From Kipferlia bialata (lineage: Eukaryota): a stretch of 46,688 nt of DNA. The DNA is taken from the NCBI GenBank assembly GCA_003568945.1, contig BDIP01000017.1, forward strand, positions 1 to 46,688. Reading direction: 5' to 3'. A model generated the notes under the pieces. It saw only the letters and a program-made list of their open reading frames with translations. It was not told the origin of the DNA and did not search any database. Numbering within the stretch: the first letter of the stretch is position 1; each line of letters opens with the position of its first letter. This document shows, one piece after another, positions 38,801 through 46,688 of this stretch. The position numbers and the translations under genes are program-made.

Positions 38801-41800
38801 CGGTCTGTTCCGTGTACCACTCTCTCACATCGGATTGGGCCGTGTAGGAACATGAGAACTCCTCATACGCTGCATAGTTATTAGAATAGAGCTGCCTTGT
38901 GGAGTACCGTACAAAGAAGCAGTTCCTGTTATTGTGCGAGTCTGCATTGAACGACATGTCCTGTGTCAGTGTGTGCAATTGGTGCAGACATATACTAACA
39001 GACACGGCAAAGAGCACTAAAGTAGAACTTAGCAAAGAAATTGTCAGTGCCAAAAAAGCGGATCAGCGTGTCTGACTTACCAGGGTGAAGTCAGTATCCT
39101 CGAGATCAGCTTGGTCATAGATGTCGTCATACCAGAGAGGCTCCTCCACCACTCCAGAAGCATCACAGACGGCATAGTAGACCTGGGTGGGTGAGTGGGG
39201 ATGACTGTTTCCACATTGCAGTCTGGGTGGGCGCTACCCAGGCAAGAGGGCAAGACAATCGCCAAAATACCAACATGTAACACTGCGCTGCTCTTGGCCT
39301 ATGACTTGTAGTAGAGACATGTGACACCCACCCTCAGGGAGTCCCAGCCGCCAGGGTCGGCAGAAGAGCCCGTGCAGGACACTGTCGCCAGACCCATGTC
39401 AGGCCCGGGATACACGATGAACCGGTTGTTCCTGGGGTGAGAGGTACTCTAGGAGATGGGGTGTGTACAGACAAGCATGAGAAGCAGATAGCGCGCACAT
39501 GTTCTCGTGGTAGTGTTCCGCAGTGAAGGCGAAGGTCCCCTCCCAGTCGCCGAGGAGGGTCTCCTCGTTCTTCTCCCACGCAGTATAGGAGCAGGAGAAC
39601 CCTGGGTAGTCGGCTGAGGAGGCGCTGGTCTCGTACTTGACCATGAAACAGTTCGCCCCATCATCAGGGTCTACACGTTCGTGCCCAATACTCACATAAC
39701 TGGAGAATCTCAAATCCTGGTGTAAGTCTATGGCGTGGTGCACCCCTATAGTGATATACTATATAGACAATACAGACTATATAGACTATATAAACTGTAG
39801 AGAGAGAGGGCATGTTAAGTGTGTGTCGTGCATATATGTGCGTGCCCTGTAGTAGTCGATGGTCCCCGATGTACCCTGGTCTGCATCCCAGAAGGGTCCG
39901 TACTCGTAGTACTGGTGGTGGTCTGAGTCGCAGTAGGCCTGGCTCACCTGGGAGTGGGCGCAAATGGGATAGAGACAGATGCACGTGGATACATGTACAT
40001 GTCACATAATGGTAAGTAATAACACGATACCAGTTATGTTTAAATAAATACCTATATAGAGGAACATTAAACCCAACTGCTGTATGTGTTGTTGTAACTT
40101 ACACTGATTTTGTCAGAGGGTGCAACCTCGCCGGTGCATGTCAGTCGGGCTGCCCCCATTGTATCTCTGTGCACAACATACTTGAGGTACCTGGGTGGTG
40201 AGAAGGAACAGAGAGAGAGAGAGCATGGGATGCCAGCAGTGTGGTCTCATGAATCAATGCCGACGAGGGAGACGTGGTGGATGTTCGTGCCATCCGAATG
40301 AGGGGGGGGGGAGAGAGAGAGAGAGAGGCAGAGAGAGAGACGTACTGGTTGTCTGCATAGGAGGCAGGGGAGAATGTGCCAGAGAGCCCAGTCAGCACCT
40401 GGGGTGGTCAATGAGGGGATACGGGGGGAGATACTCATACTTGACAGGACGTGCCACCAGAGAGAGAGAGAGAGGGAGGTGAGAGGAGGAACAGAGAGCC
40501 ATACTGCATACCTCAGTGTTCTCCCACTGAGTGGCTGTGTAGGAGCATGTGAACTCTGTGGAGGCGTGGTACTCGGTGTTGTACTGGACCACCACACACT
40601 GAGGGGCGTTGTAGTCATACTTGCTCTGGAAGGATAGATCCTGAGGTGACATAGAGAGAGGGGGGGAAGAGATAGAGATGCTTCTGGAAGACATAGTCCT
40701 GATATAAGGTAGAGACAGTAGCAGTACGTTCACAGATGAAGAGGTATTCATATGTCGAGGAGAGGAAGAGAGAGGGGATTGCAAGATAGAGAGAGAATTC
40801 AATGTCCCAAGTTGAGATGGACCTAGTATCACCCACTATATCTAAACTTCCTGATTGAATCTATATCTTCAACAACAAAGCGTCAACACGACTATATTAA
40901 GCACAGTACCTCTGAGATATCAATTGTGCCGCTCTGAGAGTCTACCTCATTCAAGGACCGGTATGTAGTGCCGTCATAGCGTGTATTACAATAGGCCGAC
41001 ACCACCTGGGTAAGAGAGAGAGCGAGAGACATACACACTGATAGATAATGAGTGACTACAATAGTATCAGTGTTAGCTAACACATGCACACTACAGTGTC
41101 CACACAGCATAACCAAATAGGCTTGGCATCAGGGGATGTATATATATGGTGTATACACACACACATATATATATGAATTGCTACTGATTATTAATATAAT
41201 ATATGTATCGGCACCTTCACTGCGTCTAGGGCGTCTGTTGTGCCAGCGCATGTGAGAGAGAGAGTCTTCATCTCAGCTGGGAATATCATGAGAGAGTCCG
41301 TCCTAGGTGTGAGGGGTGAGGGGGTGAGGGAGTGGGTTCGAATATCGACACAGGCACAGCGAGTGTCAGAGAGTAGGGTAGAGAGTAGTGCTTCGGTCAC
41401 ATGGGGGATAGGGGTCGCTGACATATAGAAAAATATCAGAAGACAAGGGGAAAGGAAGAGATAGAAGGGTTGAACGAGACAGAGAGAGAAAGACGTACTG
41501 ATAGTCGTGGAAGTCGATGCTGGAGAAGGATCCCGAGAAGGAGGTGTGGCACTGGAGTTTAGTGTGGAGAGAGAGAGAGGGGAAATGGTAGTGGGACACA
41601 GGGTATGGACAACGCATTAGTGTTTGGGGGGGGGTAGGAGAGGGAGGGGGCGGATCAGAAACAGCATGAGAGTGGGAGTGTGATACCTCTCTCTCGTCTG
41701 GGATCCCCCCCCTGGTGGTATACACGCATGTGATGGGGGTGGGGTCTGTGGGGCAGTGGCCAGCCTCCGACCCAGTGTCGTAACTGACGACAAAGCAGTT

Positions 41801-41824
41801 CTCATCACCTGTGAAGTCTAGGTA
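35870..41824 (-). CDS. type-I membrane protein with >=8 tandem CUB-like domains; 5' end missing
   Basis: Repeating spliced unit G.Fs...Y..Nq / ..D.l.v / NCfvV.Y.T....GFsCsY (near 41790, 40580, 39630, 38900, 38310, 37450, 36800 and 36340) matches CUB-domain start and end motifs. TM is VPVQIGLGLLFLLCVCACCCVG, followed by an acidic tail in the terminal exon 36590-35870. Confidence 0.7.
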
Positions 41825-41893
41825 CTGGCAGTGAGTCTCGTATGGATGTGGCTCCAAAAGAATAATAATCTGAAGAGAAAATAACTGAGGGGC

Positions 41894-41919
41894 GGGGGGG
41901 GGGGGGGGGGGGGGGGGGG
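41894..41919. repeat. internal poly-G run (26 G), possible assembly junction
   Basis: Homopolymer followed by tttttgtttttaaaaagg; the CUB-like gene ends here without a start exon. Confidence 0.8.
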
Positions 41920-41957
41920 TTTTTTGTTTTTAAAAAGGCGATCTCTTCACACCTCTC

Positions 41958-43531
41958 ATGTCTATGTATGAGTGTCAGTGGGAGTGGGAGTGTCGGTCTC
42001 TCTCATCATTGTCTCTATCCATACCTCCAGACGTACTTTGACTCTATCACTTTGTACTAACCCCAGGTGACATCCTTTGCAGTGGGGTGTCTGTTCCTGC
42101 TGTACCTAGGCCACAGACACTTCTTCGGGGCAGGCACAGCTAGGTATCTATATACCATGAACATCCCTATATATATATATATACTATATACAGTATACTC
42201 ATTCCATGTATACTCATTTCTTGTATTCCATCCATCTGTCATCCACCCTGCACCCACCATTGTATATATATATACGTATACTTCCACCCACCATGTGCCT
42301 TTATTAATAAGTATATATATGTATATATGTATACACTGATTTATCCACCCTGCACGATTGTGTCTACCACTCAGATTCAGACATAGTAATGAGGTGTTCT
42401 GTGTATATGTATTGCCCATTGTGTCTCACCTGTACTTATATGTAGTCAGACACAGTGATGAGGTATATATATATATGTGTGTCTCTCACCCCTAGGGGCA
42501 AGCGCATTGGGTCCAACGACCAATGTTATATTTATATATTACTTATAGAATTTATATATTATATATACTATATTATATAGTCCCTTGTGCCTCACCCCTA
42601 GGGGCAAGCGCATTGGGTCCATCGATCTGTTTCTTGCCTTCTATACACTATATATATATATGCTCATATGTGTATACACTGACACCAGGGGCAAGCGCAT
42701 TGGGTCCATCGACCTATTCATAACTCTTTGTCAGTATATATATAGGCCATTAGGACACTGACACCAGGGGCAAGCGCATTGGGTCCATCGATCTGTTTGT
42801 GGCTGTGTCTGTGTGTCTAGACCTAGTCATGCTGTACGGGTGGGTGTGCCCGAGGTGGATAGACACAGACACGCAGTGTATGGTGCGTGGCATAGTGTGA
42901 ATGTATATACATATTGTATATATTAATATATATATATATATGCTGTACGGGTGGGTGTGCCCGAGGTGGATAGACACAGACACGCAGTGCATGGTGCGTG
43001 GCTGTTTATACTATATATTCACATATTGTATATTTATATATTTGCAGTCAACAGATACTCAGTGCATGGTGTATCGCTGACTATAATATATGAGGGAGTA
43101 TGTGTACACTGGTATGACTTTTGCTGACATAGAATGTAGAACTGCCCTCTCACACCATACCCCTATACCACAAGTACCCACACCCCAATCCCCCTTCTGT
43201 GTGGCCTCTCTCGTGTCTCTCCCTCTCTTGCACCCCTGGTCTCATTTGTATATACCAGACTATGTGGGAGGTATCAGTATGGATATCAGTGTCAATATCA
43301 GTATCAATACTGACCCCCAGGTCTCCTTTGCATATAGTATATATATGTACTGGACTATGTGGGAGGTATCAGTTAGGTATTAATTATGTATAAGATACTG
43401 ATACTGACCCCCAGGTCTCCTTTGTGCTTGACTATGTGGGTGGGGTGGCAGCAGAGGTGGTCATGGTGTGCTTTGCACACCACGCTTGCCTGTCTCTCCA
43501 GGTACCAGTACTGATGTACTCTCCCTCCGTC

Positions 43532-43574
<43 letters not shown>

Positions 43575-43885
43575 TGTATGTTGTCTATCAGTACCATATA
43601 TGTTTGCTTTGGGAGTGGGTATTTTCATTTAGAGGTCACTCCTCCCCTACTCACCCCCAGTTCAGACTTCGCATTGACTACCCCTCTCTGCTCAAGAAGT
43701 ACACGGTTGTATGTGTCATGGTGAGTCTGTGTACCATATGTATATATATTCAACCCTAGACATAGTTATATATTAGCGAAAACTCTATTCTGCTGAAGAA
43801 GTACACCGTGGTATGTGTGATGGTTCGCACACATGTATCTCTCTCCCCAACCCCCCCCCCATACCCCTGATGTGCTTAACATGTC

Positions 43886-43921
<36 letters not shown>

Positions 43922-45772
43922 ACCCCAGGTCCCTGCCACCCTGACTGTCATAGTGACACTGGGGGACATGGTCAACACAGGTGGGTGGAGATACATATAT
44001 ATATATATATATAGGTATATATAGGTAGTTGTATGTGCTATAGTCACATTGGGGGACATGGTCAATACGGGTGGGGGGATATATATATATATATTGGAAA
44101 ATATTTGCTATATGGGAAGGCATTGCTGTACTGAGGAACATGCTATGGTCAACACAGGTTGGCATCAGTGGTATCTACCATAAGGACATATAGATATACA
44201 TATGTATAGACCCCTGCCCTCACCCCAGACATATCCGATGCCACCCTCGACCCGTGCTGGTTTGCAGAGGACGCCAGACACCACGGTGGGTATAGTAACG
44301 ATATACACACACATACACACATATATATATATGTGTGTGTATAGGCATAGTAGAATTATTGTTGTATTGGATGTTTGCAGAGGATATGTGTGGCTTCCCT
44401 GGTGTGTCCTCTCACCAACATCTTGATACGGTTCGATTGTATAGTATTGTATAGTGTAATATAGTATTGGATATGTGACACTGCCACTTACCCCAGCCCT
44501 GATATGGTTTGAGGGTCCCATGGTGACCATGATACTCATCACGCTGGTCTATCTGGTGGCAGGGTTCAGGTAGATATCGTGTATATATACATAGGTATAC
44601 TAGGAACTGTCGTAGAGTGGTCTATCTGGTGGCCGGGTTCAGGTAGACCTGTACACTGATACTGATTCTGATATGTGTATAATAGGCTTAGTAGTGGATA
44701 TGGTGACTATTCTAACAATATAGTGATGGTTCACAGTCTAGATATATTGGTATATTCCTGGCGGGTGGGTTCAAGTATGGGTTTGTCGTATATAGTATCG
44801 TATCTCGATATTCCTGTGATTGACATGCCGTCACCCCATAGTATCCTGGGAATGTATATATATGTATATATTGTATATATACATTCTCTCTCTCATGCCT
44901 AGGATCCTGAGGCGTGAGCTGGGTCAGGCCCCTAGTCAGAGGGCCCTCCTTCACCAGTTTGCAGTGCTCTCATTCCCAATCCCCATACTCAGGTATTGGT
45001 TATGCAGAGAAACTACTATATACATTCTACATACTGTCCATAACCATAATACATACTATATATGGGTATATATGTACCTACCCAATCCCCATACTCAGGG
45101 AGTGAGGGTCATACACATACACTTCTACTATTATATATGTGTATATATACAGATTCCCAATCCCCATACTTAGGTAGGGATTGTTGATGCAGTGAAACTC
45201 TTCTGTTTGTCCCTCCATACCCCTCTGACCCCAGGGCCGTCCCCACCGTGTGCAATGCTGTGTTTGATGTACTCACAGTCAAGGGCCTCCCGTACTCAAG
45301 GTATGGAATTTAATCACTACTCTGTCAGCACCTACCCCCTCCAGTAACTATGTGTGTTCTATATATTAGTAGTTACCCCTCCCCCCCCCCCTCTCCCCCC
45401 AGCACCTACCCCCTGTTTGTGGCCTCTGCCACCCCTGCCCTCTGTACTGTCATGGCATATGCCGCACCCAGGGCATACCTGGCCATGAGGGACAGGAGGC
45501 ACAGGAGGAGGCCAGGTAATAGTATACGTGTTAATTATACTGATACTGATACCAGGTGTGGTCAAGATACAGTATATATGTATCAGTTGACTATATATGT
45601 ATCCTATATGTTATGGTCAAGATACAGTATATATGTATCAGTTGACTATATATGTATCCTATATGTTATACTGATACCGATACTGATACTAATACTGATA
45701 CCAGGTGTGGTCAAGATGCACCCCATGCACGACAGACATGACAGAGGGTCCCCTGCACACAGCGAGGTGTGA
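41958..45772 (+). CDS. 7TM GPCR-like protein, ~310 aa (cAMP-receptor/GCR1/class-B-like topology)
   Basis: 12 exons join in phase with GT-AG: 41958-42032, 42067-42143, 42768-42882, 43415-43501, 43661-43720, 43929-43980, 44229-44285, 44497-44569, 44903-44992, 45235-45300, 45403-45515, 45705-45772. There are seven hydrophobic segments, a Cys at the top of TM3 (DTQCM), CWF in ECL2 and a basic C-tail. Confidence 0.72.
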
Positions 45773-46186
45773 TATATGAGGGGGACAAGGATGCAGAGAG
45801 AGAGATACCGGTAGCATTGCCCGGACTCAACTACACCCTTTTAGCAGTCTCCTTCTTCACGACTGAGGTGTACATGATGCTCATTCCTTGGATTGCATCA
45901 TCATTAAGACGTAACATAAATTGATAATGACTGTCACAGGACTGTTGGAAGGTGTCACATCAAAAGAGAAGTGAGTTTCAGTGTATCAACCCTTTTGTCA
46001 CAGATAGCAAAAATGTTACGTCCCAAAATGAGCTTTGACTACCCACCCACTCTACACCCACACTGACACCTACCGTGTACTAGGCAGTGTGCACGCCCTT
46101 ATTGAGTGTACATCCTTGCTGCGTAGGCGAGTGTTGCGCCCTCTAGCCCCCTCTATACCCTCTATACCCTCTGGACCCTCTGCGTG

Positions 46187-46532
46187 ATGCCGTCATCGCG
46201 CAGGGAGAAGGAGAAGGGGGAGTCTACCCGGCACTCCACCCACAGGAGTAGCAGGAGTAGTAGGAGCAAGGACCACAAGGACCACAAGGAGCACAAGGAG
46301 CACAAGGGAGAGAGGTCGAGCAGGGAGAGGGAGAGGGGGAGGGAGAGAGAGAGGGATTCGGCTGTGCCCCAGGCCAGACAGCAGCTGCCGGTTGTGTCCC
46401 ACCCCTCCACCCCCGTGGTGCCCACACCCCTCACAGCCATCACACCCGTGCCCAGGTACAGAGACAGACACATGTGTTTATGTATATATGTGGGTATATA
46501 CCATGTGTACTCACCAGGACACATGCAGCAGG
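46187..46532 (+). CDS. 5' part of a gene with a low-complexity charged N-terminus (RS/RE/KDH repeats); truncated by window end
   Basis: ATG 46187; exon to 46455 (MPSSRREKEK...KDHKDHKEHKEHK...PVPR|gtac); possible micro-exon 46518-46532. Confidence 0.55.
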
Positions 46533-46635
46533 GTACTGTTTCAATCCTGGTTCATTTGTATATGTCACTGTGTATTCGCCGGTCTCTGGTGGATCAGCAG
46601 TAGGGGCTTCCACTCTCTTATGCCCCTTACTGTAT

Positions 46636-46636
<1 letters not shown>

Positions 46637-46674
<38 letters not shown>
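46637..46674. repeat. poly-C homopolymer near window end
   Basis: 38 consecutive C seen directly. Confidence 0.9.
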
Positions 46675-46677
<3 letters not shown>

Positions 46678-46688
46678 CCTCTCCTCTC

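Noticed and set aside
42370..42465. Extra micro-exons (tcagacatagtaatgag|gt and tcagacacagtgatgag|gt) in the 7TM gene
   Set aside because: A duplicated donor-like pair, but I found no AG giving a frame-preserving exon, and the flanking exons join in phase without them. Left unresolved.
42488..42795. Four ~25-bp direct repeats with spacers, resembling a CRISPR array
   Set aside because: The repeats are copies of a splice acceptor plus exon start, spacers are irregular TA-rich intron sequence, there are no cas genes, and the context is eukaryotic.
1..46688. tRNA, rRNA or snRNA genes
   Set aside because: None recognisable by eye; a covariance-model search (tRNAscan-SE, Infernal/Rfam) would be needed to exclude them.

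Overview
This is eukaryotic genomic DNA with very dense spliceosomal introns. Most introns are short, GT-AG, full of (TA)n/(GA)n/(CA)n tracts, and have a branch-point-like CT(A/G/C)AC sitting directly against a C-rich acceptor (e.g. ctaaccccag). The style suggests a free-living metamonad such as Kipferlia; this is my inference, not a database match. Most ORFs in the supplied track are spurious, so I rebuilt genes by splicing by eye. They are: (1) a ~19.7 kb minus-strand gene for a giant type-I membrane protein with three tandem clan GH-A-like glycosidase domains (the first apparently catalytically dead), EGF-like spacers, a long stalk, a TM helix and a Pro-rich tail; (2) a head-to-head gene for a protein with a signal peptide, a beta-repeat ectodomain and ~11 TM helices; (3) a saposin-like gene with two splice/frame lesions; (4-5) two poorly resolved multi-exon genes; (6) a multi-CUB-like type-I membrane protein cut off at a poly-G run; (7) a complete 12-exon 7TM GPCR-like gene; and partial genes at both ends. 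The most striking unexplained signal is that dozens of introns carry partial copies of the neighbouring exon end together with its splice site. In the longest copies the divergence from the real exon is overwhelmingly synonymous, which neutral decay of intronic duplicates does not predict.
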